From Promethearchaeota archaeon (GTDB lineage: Archaea > Asgardarchaeota > Lokiarchaeia > Sigyniarchaeales > SOKP01): DNA of 64,000 nucleotides. The stretch spans positions 1 to 64,000 of the forward strand of contig JAUVXW010000013.1 of NCBI GenBank assembly GCA_030603385.1, written 5' to 3'. Position 1 is the stretch's first letter. Each line of letters opens with the position of its first letter. Of this stretch, positions 49,019 through 58,848 are shown piece by piece. Position numbers and translations under genes: made by a program. The notes under the pieces were generated by a model. That model ran no database searches. It had not been told where the DNA came from and was given only the letters and a program-made list of their open reading frames with translations.

Positions 49019-49963
49019 TTAAGAATACTCCAACATCTTTTCAATTGGTTTTTTTGCCCGCTTTGCTACATTAGGGGGAACTTTCACCTCGAAAGCTTCA
49101 TCATCTAGATTCTCCAAGATGTATTTAATCAGTTCGAGATTATGCTTCTTCATATTATGGCAAACGAGCTTTTCCTTTGCCAAATAGAACTTATTGGTGG
49201 GAAAATCTTGAGCCATTCTTTCTAAAAGACCTACTTCTGTTCCAATGATGAATTCAATAACTTTTGATGAATTCTCTTTAACATAATTGTACATCCGAGC
49301 AGTTGATCCAACAATATCTGCTAGTTCTCTAACACCTCTTATACATTCTGGGTGAACAAGAAGTTTTGCGTTAGGGTATTTCTTCTTTATTTCTACAATA
49401 TCATCAACAGTGATCTGGGAATGAACATAACAATGACCATGTGAGGGCATCTGCCAACATTTTATACCTGATTCTTGTTCTGCATAATCGGCCAAATTCG
49501 CATCTGGACCAAATAAAACTTCCTTAGTACTAAATTCTTTGCTAATTCTCTTTACAATTTCTACTGCGTTTGATGAAGTGCAACATATATCTGATTCTGC
49601 TTTCACAGCCGCAGTTGAATTGACGTACACTATAACGGGTAATCCAGGATGTTTTTCTTTATATTCTCTAACCATTTCAGGAGTAAGGAATGCGGCCATA
49701 GGACAACATGATTCATAATTCGGAATCATTATATGTTTATCCTGATTCAAGATAGAAGCAGTCTCACACATAAAATCAACACCAGCAAATATAATATAAT
49801 CTGTATTTGCTTTTTCTTTAGTTGTTCGAGATAATCCGAGAGAGTCTCCTAAATAATCAGCAATTTCTTGAATTTCAATTGGTTGATAATAATGAGCTAA
49901 AATAATAACGTTTTTTTGCTTTTTTAGTGTTAAAATTTCTTCTTGCAGTTGTTTGACAGTCAT
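49019..49963 (-). CDS. nadA: Quinolinate synthase
   Basis: ILAHYYQ, GDSLGLS, GVDFMCET, CPMA, YVNS, CTSSNA, HPEC, GST, GTE, C.NMKK. Confidence 0.95.
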   Translation of the reverse strand: MTVKQLQEEILTLKKQKNVIILAHYYQPIEIQEIADYLGDSLGLSRTTKEKANTDYIIFAGVDFMCETASILNQDKHIMIPNYESCCPMAAFLTPEMVREYKEKHPGLPVIVYVNSTAAVKAESDICCTSSNAVEIVKRISKEFSTKEVLFGPDANLADYAEQESGIKCWQMPSHGHCYVHSQITVDDIVEIKKKYPNAKLLVHPECIRGVRELADIVGSTARMYNYVKENSSKVIEFIIGTEVGLLERMAQDFPTNKFYLAKEKLVCHNMKKHNLELIKYILENLDDEAFEVKVPPNVAKRAKKPIEKMLEYS

Positions 49964-50202
49964 TTTTACAAAAAGGAATCAGTTTTTACTATATTATATA
50001 AGGATTTAAGAAAAGATAAGTTGTTTGATTATAAAAAATTTGAACAGTGTAATTAAATAGAGATTAATCAAGAATTATTTGAATTAGTAAAATTATTATA
50101 TTCTGGTAATTATAATGCGAAAAAAGGTCAAACTTTCAAATAATTTTTTGACCAAAATTCATAATAAGGAAAACCTATATTTACTTATTTTTTTCTTTTT
50201 GA

Positions 50203-50943
50203 TTATTTAGAGCAAAAACAACTTTCATTCTTAACAATATCTATAATATTAAACCTTAAATCTATTAAATTAACCATCAGAACTTTATTTTCCAGATTCG
50301 GGAGACCTAAGGCTGTTTTTATTACTTCTAAAGCTTCTAATGTACCTAAAATACCAGGAGTCACACCAATTACTGGTAAAGGACCTTCCTCTGGAGGGGC
50401 TTCTATAGGTTCTGAAAAAACACATTGATAACAAGCAGTCTTTTTTGGATTTATTGTGATAATTTGTCCGTAAAAATCTTTGATCCCCGAAATAACACAT
50501 CTTAAATTGTTTTCAATAGCTATTTTGTTAACTAGGAATTTAGTTTCAAAATTGTCACTACAATCGACTATAAAATCATAATCCTTTTCTTCTAAATATT
50601 TCTTTATCGATTTTTCATCAATAAAATCTTTATATACATTAATTTGAACATCTGAATTAAGTTTTGATAATACTTCTTTAGCAGAATTCACCTTGTCTTT
50701 TCCAATTTGAGATTCATTATAAAGAATTTGTCTTTGCAGATTTGAAAGATCTAAAACATCATTATCTATTATTGTTAATTCTTTAATCCCTGCTGCCGTT
50801 AAATACAGTGAAAAGGGCGAACCCAAGCCTCCACAACCTATCTGTAGGATTTTTAACTTTGAAATCTTTTCTTGTCCTTTTTCTCCAATTTCTGGAGATA
50901 TAATTTGGCGTGAATATCTCTCCTTTTGCTTTTCAGTTAATAT
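50203..50943 (-). CDS. ThiF/MoeB/HesA-family adenylyltransferase; true start at an ATA codon upstream of the ORF track call
   Basis: Frame open from ATA at 50943: (M)LTEKQKERYSRQIISPEIGEKGQEKISKLKILQIGCGGLGS; SNLQRQ, DCSDN, CYQC; in-frame TAG two codons upstream. Confidence 0.9.
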   Translation of the reverse strand: MLTEKQKERYSRQIISPEIGEKGQEKISKLKILQIGCGGLGSPFSLYLTAAGIKELTIIDNDVLDLSNLQRQILYNESQIGKDKVNSAKEVLSKLNSDVQINVYKDFIDEKSIKKYLEEKDYDFIVDCSDNFETKFLVNKIAIENNLRCVISGIKDFYGQIITINPKKTACYQCVFSEPIEAPPEEGPLPVIGVTPGILGTLEALEVIKTALGLPNLENKVLMVNLIDLRFNIIDIVKNESCFCSK

Positions 50944-50949
50944 AAACTA

Positions 50950-51324
50950 TCACCTATTTATTATTTTTTTTACGTTTTTAATTGTTTCTTCAATTTCTAT
51001 GAATATTAAACCTAAATTAGTATTCAAATTTAATAATGAAACCAAAATTAGTTGTTCATCAGCCCCCATAATAATAAGTTGAAAATCGTTAAATTCTACT
51101 GTTAGATTCTCAACAAACTTGCTTCCTATTGTTGAAGCTGCTGTTTCAATAGCACCAAACATAGTGGCGGCCATAGCACAAAATTTCCGATCATCGATAT
51201 CTCTAGGTAATTTTGAAGCAATCAATAAACCATTACGGTTAACAAGAGCCGTACCTACAATATCGCTTATACCTTCCAGTTTTTCTAATTCTTTATGGAG
51301 ATTTTGAACTTTTAAGCTATTCAT
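50950..51324 (-). CDS. Roadblock/LC7 domain protein
   Basis: GTALVNRNGLLIASKLP, AMAATMFGA, NLGLIFIE. Confidence 0.9.
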   Translation of the reverse strand: MNSLKVQNLHKELEKLEGISDIVGTALVNRNGLLIASKLPRDIDDRKFCAMAATMFGAIETAASTIGSKFVENLTVEFNDFQLIIMGADEQLILVSLLNLNTNLGLIFIEIEETIKNVKKIINR

Positions 51325-51459
51325 TTCTATTCAGAAGTTAGCTTCATGTTAATTTCAATTAAGATATGAATTATATAAAGATATCTATTTGAAATTTTAA
51401 ATCATTAATAATTACTATCCAAACTTGAAGAAAAAGAATCTTAAAAAAATTGCTTATAA

Positions 51460-51681
51460 CTAAGCCGTAGCTTTTTTTCTATTGCGGTAAAATGATTTCT
51501 GGCCATTAAATGCTCGTGTTCTATTCCTCCACCCTGGCTGACGTAATTTCGCAGATTTACCAAAACCGCAACTGGCACAAAATTTCTTTCTTCTGTGATA
51601 TGAATGGTTTCCACAACGACGACATGTTTTATGGCTAGCTGCCTTATTTTTCTTTCCTTTGCTTGGTGTACCTTTTCCCAT
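51460..51681 (-). CDS. rpl37e: 50S ribosomal protein L37e
   Basis: [24 protein letters not shown]. Confidence 0.95.
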   Translation of the reverse strand: MGKGTPSKGKKNKAASHKTCRRCGNHSYHRRKKFCASCGFGKSAKLRQPGWRNRTRAFNGQKSFYRNRKKATA

Positions 51682-51686
51682 CTTGC

Positions 51687-52013
51687 TTAAACCTCTTCAG
51701 TTTCTTCTCGATGCATTAAATTCTCTTCTGGATCGCCTGCGAAAACTAAACTTTCACGATCCTGGGCTACAAAGATAACGCTGGCACCCCTGATCATCAC
51801 TGTGCCTAAATTCTTGCTTCTTTTTCCACCACGACCAAAATATATTTCTTTAGCGTCTTCAACAATTAAATTCATATAATTATCGAATTTTACAAGCTTC
51901 CCCGTTAAAAATGTGTTCCAAATCTTTAATTTGATGTTTACTTCATCTTTCAGGATAGCCTTTGACAAGGTCCTAGATATCGTGTGTTGTGTGTGTTGTG
52001 TGTGTTGCGACAT
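51687..52013 (-). CDS. Sm-like (LSm) archaeal RNA-binding protein
   Basis: Sm1 [19 protein letters not shown] and Sm2 [11 protein letters not shown]; directly upstream of L37e as in many archaea. Confidence 0.9.
   Translation of the reverse strand: MSQHTQHTQHTISRTLSKAILKDEVNIKLKIWNTFLTGKLVKFDNYMNLIVEDAKEIYFGRGGKRSKNLGTVMIRGASVIFVAQDRESLVFAGDPEENLMHREETEEV
51981..52007 (-). repeat. 9-bp coding tandem repeat x3 giving QHT-QHT-QHT at the Sm N-terminus
   Basis: (C/T)GTGTGTTG repeated three times on the + strand. Confidence 0.85.
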
Positions 52014-52128
52014 TGAAATGAAATCTCTTGAAAATTATTCTACGTTATGTTTTTAATTACTTAATCAAATAAATATTTTTTTAAATATATAAGAATTTAA
52101 ATGAAATATTATTAGATAAGGGATATAA

Positions 52129-53166
52129 ATGAAAAAAATCGCATATTTTGATGCATGTGTTGAAACTCCCGAAGAGATTATCCTTGCTGCCGATATGCTC
52201 CCTATTAGACTTTTTGGCGATCCAGAAATCGGAATAGATAAAGCGAATGAACATGTACCTCCAACTCATTGCGTTTGGGCAAGAAATATCCTTGAACAAG
52301 CTATTAATGGGTTGGATGATAACATTAAAGGAGTCATTACAACACACGGATGTGATTGTACTAATAGAGAGTTTGATATTTGGTTAGAATGTGTAAATCT
52401 AGAGTTCCTTTTTTTTCTCAATGCTCCATTGAAGCGAAATGAGACTGCCTTAAACTTCTTTATGAACGATATTAAAGAATTAATTAGTCAATTGGAGGAA
52501 AAATTTAATGTTAATATAACCTCTGAAAAGATTAATGAAGCCATAAAAAAAATGAATAAAATTAGGAAATTATTAAGAGAAATATCAAGTTTTCGAGTAG
52601 ATATGAAATTAAAGGGTTCTGAATTCCATGCTCTAGTTAAAAAAGTTCAACAATCTGATAAAAGTAAAATGATTGAAATTCTTGAATTAAAATTGGCAGA
52701 AATTAAAGAAAGAAAACCTTTTCCAAATGCTAACCTCAAAAAAGTATTGTTAACAGGTTCAGTAATAGATGATACCGAATTCATTAAGTTTCTCGAAGAA
52801 GTTGGTTTTCAAATCGTAATTGATGATTTATGTATAGGGACCAAATATTTTTGGAATAGCGTTGATGAAGATGGAGACCCAATAAAAGGTTTAGCTGAAT
52901 TTCATTTAAGCAAGCCAATCTATTCTACTAAATTTCCTTCATATGAGCGATTTAGAGTATTAAAGAATTTAGCAGAAAAATATAAAGTTGATGGGGTAAT
53001 CAATATCGCACAAAAGTTTTGCGAGCCAGTTTTGTATGACCATCCATATTTTAATAAAAAATTTAAAGAATTAGAAATTCCATATCTTTTTGTTGAGATG
53101 GAATACAATAGAGAATCATATAAACAATTAACAACCAGATTTGAAGCATTTAGAGAAATAATTTAA
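52129..53166 (+). CDS. 2-hydroxyacyl-CoA dehydratase / benzoyl-CoA reductase subunit (HgdB/FldC/BcrC-like)
   Basis: TPEEIILAA, CVWAR, GCDC, DDLCIG, DGVI..QKFCEP, TRFEAF. Confidence 0.88.
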   Translation: MKKIAYFDACVETPEEIILAADMLPIRLFGDPEIGIDKANEHVPPTHCVWARNILEQAINGLDDNIKGVITTHGCDCTNREFDIWLECVNLEFLFFLNAPLKRNETALNFFMNDIKELISQLEEKFNVNITSEKINEAIKKMNKIRKLLREISSFRVDMKLKGSEFHALVKKVQQSDKSKMIEILELKLAEIKERKPFPNANLKKVLLTGSVIDDTEFIKFLEEVGFQIVIDDLCIGTKYFWNSVDEDGDPIKGLAEFHLSKPIYSTKFPSYERFRVLKNLAEKYKVDGVINIAQKFCEPVLYDHPYFNKKFKELEIPYLFVEMEYNRESYKQLTTRFEAFREII

Positions 53167-53181
53167 AGGAGGGCTACAATA

Positions 53182-54444
53182 ATGTCAAAAGTGAAGAAAA
53201 CTGGAAAGATGTTAAACGCAACTAATAAATTAAGAAATGAAATGGGAAGACATTTTTTAGCTATTGAGCAAGCTTTTCGAGAAGGAAAACCAACTGCTTG
53301 GGCCACGGCGGGAACTCCTGTTGAACTTTTATATTCTATGGGTGTTCAACCAATGCTTCCTGAAAATTCAGCTACAATTTCAGCGGCTCTTAAAAAATCT
53401 CAAAATTTTATTGAACTTGCTGAAGATCAAGGATATTCCTATGATCTATGTTCATATTTCAAGACGAATGTTGGGGCTGTGCTTAGTAATGCTGAAATGA
53501 GCGAGGGTGGTACAAGAAAACCGACTTTTATGCTGTCAAGCGACGTAATATGTGATACTCATGTCAATTGGTTTCAAGTACAATCTGAAAGAATGGGTGG
53601 TGTGCCCCACTTTACAATTGATATACCACATGTGGTAAGTAATACAAATAACAGGCAACGAGAATATTTCAAAAAATATATTAGAGAACAGCTCTGGGAG
53701 TTATTGGATTTTATAACTGAAGTTACTGGAAACGAATATAATGAAGAAAAGGCACGAGAGGTTGCTCAGAATTCGTATGAAATGGGAAAAATTTGGCAAG
53801 AAGTCTTCGAGTTAAGAAAGAATATTCCTTGTCCTGTATCCACAAGGGATACTTTTGGAGGATTATTCCCTTTATTCACTATGACAGGATTAAAATCACC
53901 AATAAAACTTTACAAAAGAATGTATAGAGAAGCCAAAGAACGCGTAGATAATGGAATTGGAGCGTTAGAGCAAGAAGATTACCGTTTACTTTTTGAAGGT
54001 ATCCCTTTCTGGCATAACCTGAAATTCTTCGCTAACTTAGAACGTTGGAACGCTATTATAGTGTATGAACCATACGTATACGCTTTCACTAAATATACAA
54101 ATCCAAATATTACCAAAGAACATGTTTTAAATAACCCCGTAGAGTCAATGGCAGAACTGATACTTAGTTTTTGGTATGTCTATGACTTAGAGACTCGCGT
54201 TCAAAAATTCAAGGAAACAGTAAGAGATTGGAAAATTGATGGTGTGATCTTGCATAATAATATGTCATGTCGTCCAAATGCATGTGGTATGTATGATTTG
54301 AAACGTAGATTAATGGAAGAAGCTGATATTCCCTGTTTAATTGTGGACGGAGATATGAATGACCCACGTAAGCTGAATGAGACTCAAGTCCTAAACCAAA
54401 TCGAAAGTTTCATAGAAATTCTCAGAAAGAGGAAGAAGAAATAA
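53182..54444 (+). CDS. 2-hydroxyacyl-CoA dehydratase / benzoyl-CoA reductase subunit (HgdA/FldB/BcrB-like)
   Basis: PEN, GYSYDLCSYF, ICDT, DGVILH..SCRP, DGDMNDPR, IESFIE. Confidence 0.88.
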   Translation: MSKVKKTGKMLNATNKLRNEMGRHFLAIEQAFREGKPTAWATAGTPVELLYSMGVQPMLPENSATISAALKKSQNFIELAEDQGYSYDLCSYFKTNVGAVLSNAEMSEGGTRKPTFMLSSDVICDTHVNWFQVQSERMGGVPHFTIDIPHVVSNTNNRQREYFKKYIREQLWELLDFITEVTGNEYNEEKAREVAQNSYEMGKIWQEVFELRKNIPCPVSTRDTFGGLFPLFTMTGLKSPIKLYKRMYREAKERVDNGIGALEQEDYRLLFEGIPFWHNLKFFANLERWNAIIVYEPYVYAFTKYTNPNITKEHVLNNPVESMAELILSFWYVYDLETRVQKFKETVRDWKIDGVILHNNMSCRPNACGMYDLKRRLMEEADIPCLIVDGDMNDPRKLNETQVLNQIESFIEILRKRKKK

Positions 54445-54509
54445 TTTATTTTTTACTAAGTTTAACTTTAATATATATAAAATTTAAGGTATCACTTAGG
54501 TGAATTTTA

Positions 54510-56024
54510 TTGAAAAAAACAGGAATTGTTGAGATAAGTACTGGAAAATTACAAGGTTATATTGATAAAGGTATAGAAGTGTATAAAGGAGTTCCGTATG
54601 CTGAACCTCCTGTTGGAGATTTAAGATTCAATGCACCAGAACCAAAAAAATCATGGGGTCATGTGTTAGATGCAACAAGATTCGGTCCTGTGGCACCACA
54701 GCCACCTAGTCCTTTCACACCACAGCCACCCCCTCCACAAAGTGAAGAAGACTGTCTTACACTTAATATTTGGACACCTGCACCTGATGACAAAAAACGT
54801 CCTGTCATGTTCTGGATTCACGGAGGTTCATATAAGACAGGAGGTGCAACTAATTATGATGGAATACCTTTAGCAACTCGCGGAGATGTAGTCATAGTTA
54901 TAATTAATTATAGATTAGGACCTTTAGGTTTTCTCTATCTTCCCGATGCCCCTAATTTTTCAGCAAATGTTGGATTGCTCGATCAAATCGAAGCGTTAAA
55001 ATGGGTTAAAGAAAATATCGTGAACTTCGGGGGAGATCCAGAAAATGTTACTGTGTTTGGAGAATCTGCTGGTGCGGGAGCAATTTGTTGTCTACTTGGC
55101 ATGCCTGCAGCTAAAGGTTTATTTAATCGCATTATCCCACAATCTGGAAGTACAAGCCCACTTGGTTACCAAAAGGGTAGGGCAATAGCAACTGCACAAA
55201 GGTTAGCTTCGCTTCTGGAAATCGAAAAAGATGATATTGACCGCTTAAGAAAAATTTCATCAGAGAAGATTATCAAGGCTCAGACAAAGATGGATCAACA
55301 AGTATTAGAAGGAGGAACTGCATTTGCCTTAGGATATTCTCCCCTAGTTGATAAGAATACCATGCCAAACCATCCTTTAAAAGCTGTGCTTGATGGTGAA
55401 ACAAAAAACATTGAAGTTTTACATGGTACTAACAAGGATGAAATGAGATTGTGGGAATTGTGGTATCCTGGTGTAAAAAACTCGGAAGAACTGTTCAATA
55501 GACTGAATGTAATGACGAAACCAATGGGACAATCCGAAGAAAAAGTTCGTGAAATAATCAATATTTATAGTGAAACGAGGGAAAATCCTACTGAGATATT
55601 TAATGCTATAATAACCGATACATTTTTCCGAGTACCTTCCATAAGATTAGCAAAAATGCAATCTAGAGTACAACCTGACACCTATATGTATATGTTTACT
55701 TATCCCTCACCTATACGTGATGGATCCTTAGGAGCTGTCCACGCAATCGAAATCCCCTTTGTGTTTGGTACATTAGATATGCCCCGGATCTTTGAATTAT
55801 TCCCTGTTTCCAACAAAGAAACTGAAAAACTCAGTGCAAAAATGATGGATAGTTGGATTTCATTCGCTCGAAGTGGGAATCCAAATCATAAAGAAATCCC
55901 AAAATGGGAGCAATATGGAAATGATAGGGCAACAATGATGTTCGGAAAAGACGTAAAAGCAATAAATGATCCTTACGGCAAAGAAAGATCCGTGTGGGAT
56001 GATGTCATAACTTTTAAGGGATGA
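54510..56024 (+). CDS. Type-B carboxylesterase (para-nitrobenzyl esterase-like)
   Basis: GVPYAEPPVGDLRF, SEEDCLTLNIW, WIHGG, NYRLG, FGESAG, GAVHAIEI. Confidence 0.95.
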   Translation: MKKTGIVEISTGKLQGYIDKGIEVYKGVPYAEPPVGDLRFNAPEPKKSWGHVLDATRFGPVAPQPPSPFTPQPPPPQSEEDCLTLNIWTPAPDDKKRPVMFWIHGGSYKTGGATNYDGIPLATRGDVVIVIINYRLGPLGFLYLPDAPNFSANVGLLDQIEALKWVKENIVNFGGDPENVTVFGESAGAGAICCLLGMPAAKGLFNRIIPQSGSTSPLGYQKGRAIATAQRLASLLEIEKDDIDRLRKISSEKIIKAQTKMDQQVLEGGTAFALGYSPLVDKNTMPNHPLKAVLDGETKNIEVLHGTNKDEMRLWELWYPGVKNSEELFNRLNVMTKPMGQSEEKVREIINIYSETRENPTEIFNAIITDTFFRVPSIRLAKMQSRVQPDTYMYMFTYPSPIRDGSLGAVHAIEIPFVFGTLDMPRIFELFPVSNKETEKLSAKMMDSWISFARSGNPNHKEIPKWEQYGNDRATMMFGKDVKAINDPYGKERSVWDDVITFKG

Positions 56025-56059
56025 CATGAATGAATATCATATTATGAAAAATTATATAG

Positions 56060-57643
56060 GTGTTAAAAATTAGCGAGAAACTGAATTTTTTATTTATTTT
56101 TACAGATCAGCAGAGAGCTGATCATTTAAGTTGTTATAATAACAAAATGGTATTAAAAACGCCAAATATAGATCTTATCGCTAACGAAGGAATTAAATTT
56201 ACCAATTTTTACTGTAATAATCCAATTTGTATGCCTAATAGAAGTACTATTTTTACAGGGCAATATCCTTCAGTTCATGGAGTCACTACGAATGGAAGAA
56301 ATTTACCAGAGAAAACGAGAACATTTATCGATGTTTTTTTAGAATCCGGTTTGTACCACACGGCAAGCTTTGGAAAAATACATTTAAATTACTTTGGGGA
56401 ATATTCTGGCAAATTTCAAAATCCAAATAAAAGTCAAGAATTTATTCGCGTTAAAAACTATCCTAAATTAACGAATCTTACACCATATTTTGGATTAGAA
56501 GAAGTTAAACTCATTTCGGGGCATGGAACTTTTTGTGGGCATCCAGATTACATTAATTGGGTAAAAAGAAAAATTGAAGATAACATATCATTAGCAAAAC
56601 CTCTTAGGATACGACTGAAAGATCCTATTGGTAGTTTTCAAAATAAACTTAATCTATGTTTTGATATCTCATATCCATTCATAAAATTACAAGTAATAAA
56701 ACATCAACTACCTGAGGAACTTTATTCAACAACATTTGTTAAAGAAAACACTATTAGCTTTTTAAAGAGATTTGCTGAAGGACAGTATTCAAAACCAAAT
56801 TTTTTCGCATTTTGTTCCTTTCCTGATCCACATCATCCATTTTCTCCACCAGGTAAATATTTTGATATGTACAAACCCGAAGATGTAATTCTACCTAATA
56901 GTTTTAATGATACCCATGCTAAGAGTTCCTTATTCAATAAAAAACATTATAATGAGATTTTAAATACTGAAGGAACTGTAAAAGGTATATTTCCAAAACC
57001 TAAAGATTTGACAGAAGAGGATGCTAAACGTGCAATTGCTGCTTCATATGGAATGGAAAAAATGATAGATGATGCCATCGGTGAAATTTTTGAAACTTTG
57101 GAGAAAAATAATTTAATAGATAATACTGTGGTTATTTATACATCTGATCATGGTGATTTAGGTGGAGATCACAGGTTCTTTTTTAAAGGTCCATTTCTAT
57201 ATCAAGGTTTAATTAAGATCCCATTTTTAATTAGAATTCCTAATGGAATAAGTAATCAAGTATGTAATTCCCTAGTGAGCTCAATTGATATTCCTGAAAC
57301 AATTCTAGAATTAGCTGGATTTGAAATTCCAGATACAATGCAAGGAAAGAGCATGGTTCCAATTTTAAAGAATCAAGATGAGATAATAAATGAAGATATC
57401 TTAATCGAGATGGATGATGATCACAACAATGAAAAAACTAGGACACTAATTAGAGACAACTGGAGAATTACTATTTTTCGTGAACATGGAGAATTGTATA
57501 ATTTAAAGGAAGATCCAGACGAAATGAATAATTTGTGGAACCATAAACCTTTCTCAGAAAAAAAGGATGAGCTACTTCTAAGGATATTTAAAAAGTGTAT
57601 ACGAAATCAACCAAAAAGAATTAAAAGGGATTGTGGTTTCTAA
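56060..57643 (+). CDS. Formylglycine-dependent sulfatase
   Basis: TDQQR, CMPNRSTIFTG, GKIH, DPHHPF, SDHG, ELYNLKEDP; probable start ATT at 56069. Confidence 0.93.
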   Translation: MLKISEKLNFLFIFTDQQRADHLSCYNNKMVLKTPNIDLIANEGIKFTNFYCNNPICMPNRSTIFTGQYPSVHGVTTNGRNLPEKTRTFIDVFLESGLYHTASFGKIHLNYFGEYSGKFQNPNKSQEFIRVKNYPKLTNLTPYFGLEEVKLISGHGTFCGHPDYINWVKRKIEDNISLAKPLRIRLKDPIGSFQNKLNLCFDISYPFIKLQVIKHQLPEELYSTTFVKENTISFLKRFAEGQYSKPNFFAFCSFPDPHHPFSPPGKYFDMYKPEDVILPNSFNDTHAKSSLFNKKHYNEILNTEGTVKGIFPKPKDLTEEDAKRAIAASYGMEKMIDDAIGEIFETLEKNNLIDNTVVIYTSDHGDLGGDHRFFFKGPFLYQGLIKIPFLIRIPNGISNQVCNSLVSSIDIPETILELAGFEIPDTMQGKSMVPILKNQDEIINEDILIEMDDDHNNEKTRTLIRDNWRITIFREHGELYNLKEDPDEMNNLWNHKPFSEKKDELLLRIFKKCIRNQPKRIKRDCGF

Positions 57644-57658
57644 TCCACAAATTAAGAA

Positions 57659-58000
57659 TTAATTTGCTATTTTTATATGAGTATTAGGTGTAAGTATTAG
57701 GTAATGATCACCAAGACGTCCCATTGAACCCCCATTTTCTCTTAAAAATACCTTTAATTCTTCTATACCTCTCTTAAGCTCAGAGATTTCTACGTTCTCT
57801 AAAATTTCTTTTGCATTAATTAATAGTATTCTTCGTCCAAGCAACTGTTTTTTTATATCTTCCACTTGATTAAGATTAGAGAAATCATACTTCTTTATTA
57901 TAAAATTATGAAGAAGTGACGAATACTCTTTAGAAAATCCCATGGTTTCTTGTGGTGAGCCTAAAAGCTCGTTATCCTTACGGTTTCGAAACTTACCCAT
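57659..58000 (-). CDS. sepF: Cell division protein SepF (archaeal type)
   Basis: N-terminal amphipathic MGKFRN; core NLNQVEDIKKQLLGRRILLIN...ELKRGIEELK...GGSMGRLGDHYLILTP. Confidence 0.8.
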   Translation of the reverse strand: MGKFRNRKDNELLGSPQETMGFSKEYSSLLHNFIIKKYDFSNLNQVEDIKKQLLGRRILLINAKEILENVEISELKRGIEELKVFLRENGGSMGRLGDHYLILTPNTHIKIAN

Positions 58001-58280
58001 ATATCAAAATCAACCTCTTATTAAAATTAAAAATCAAATAGCACTATTTTCACTAATATAGAGATTTTGAATGATTTTAAATAGAAGAATCATTGTGATA
58101 CATATTCTCATGTTATGCAGATATTATTCAAGCAATATGCAATACAAGGTTATTATACAACAAACTAAAATTAATATCACAAATCAATAGATACAACCCT
58201 AATTTTTATCTTAAAATTTGCCTTACTTTTTTTTCATCTTAGATAAACTTTAAATTAATTAGTTCACCAATGTTTTTAAT

Positions 58281-58817
58281 ATGGAACTAATAAAAAATGA
58301 ATTTATAGAATTCATAAAAGAAAGAAAGAGCGTTAGGAGCTTTATTTATAAAAAGATAAGAAAAGAAGTCATACTTGACATACTTGAGGCTGGTCGTTGG
58401 GCACCTTCTGGAAATAATAGTCAGCCATGGCGAGTTTGTGTTGTCATTCATCCTACAGTCAAAAGGATGCTTTCTGAGCTCACTAAATACGGTGGAATAC
58501 TTGAGGATGCTTATGTGGATCTTGTAATATTTTTGGATCTAGAAAGAGGTTATGATAGAACAAAAGATATACAAGCAATTGGAGCCTTTGTACAAAACAT
58601 CCTTTTAGGTGTTCATGCTCAAGAGGATCTTGGTGCGGTGTGGATAGGTGAAATTTTGAATCGAAAAGAAGATGTCAATCAAATTTTTAAGTTTCCCGTA
58701 GAAAAGTTTGAATTAATGGGGGTTGTTGCAATAGGAATGATTGATGACGCGCGAGAAAAAGCACGGAAAGAATCAAGAGAACGACGCCCAGTAGATAAGT
58801 TTATTGATTGGTATTAG
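58281..58817 (+). CDS. Nitroreductase family protein
   Basis: RKSVRSF, AGRWAPSGNNSQPW, LGAVWIG. Confidence 0.92.
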   Translation: MELIKNEFIEFIKERKSVRSFIYKKIRKEVILDILEAGRWAPSGNNSQPWRVCVVIHPTVKRMLSELTKYGGILEDAYVDLVIFLDLERGYDRTKDIQAIGAFVQNILLGVHAQEDLGAVWIGEILNRKEDVNQIFKFPVEKFELMGVVAIGMIDDAREKARKESRERRPVDKFIDWY

Positions 58818-58848
58818 AGATTTCTAGCTAAGAGCCTAACATATTTTT

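Noticed and set aside
50203-50943. ThiF/MoeB protein as the dedicated E1 of the nearby Ubl
   Set aside because: 4.5 kb away, separated by nadA and other genes, and lacks the thioester-forming Cys in the crossover loop
14953-56024. Selenocysteine read-through at TGA-ending genes
   Set aside because: TGA stops fall at natural C-termini; no selenoprotein family or convincing SECIS seen
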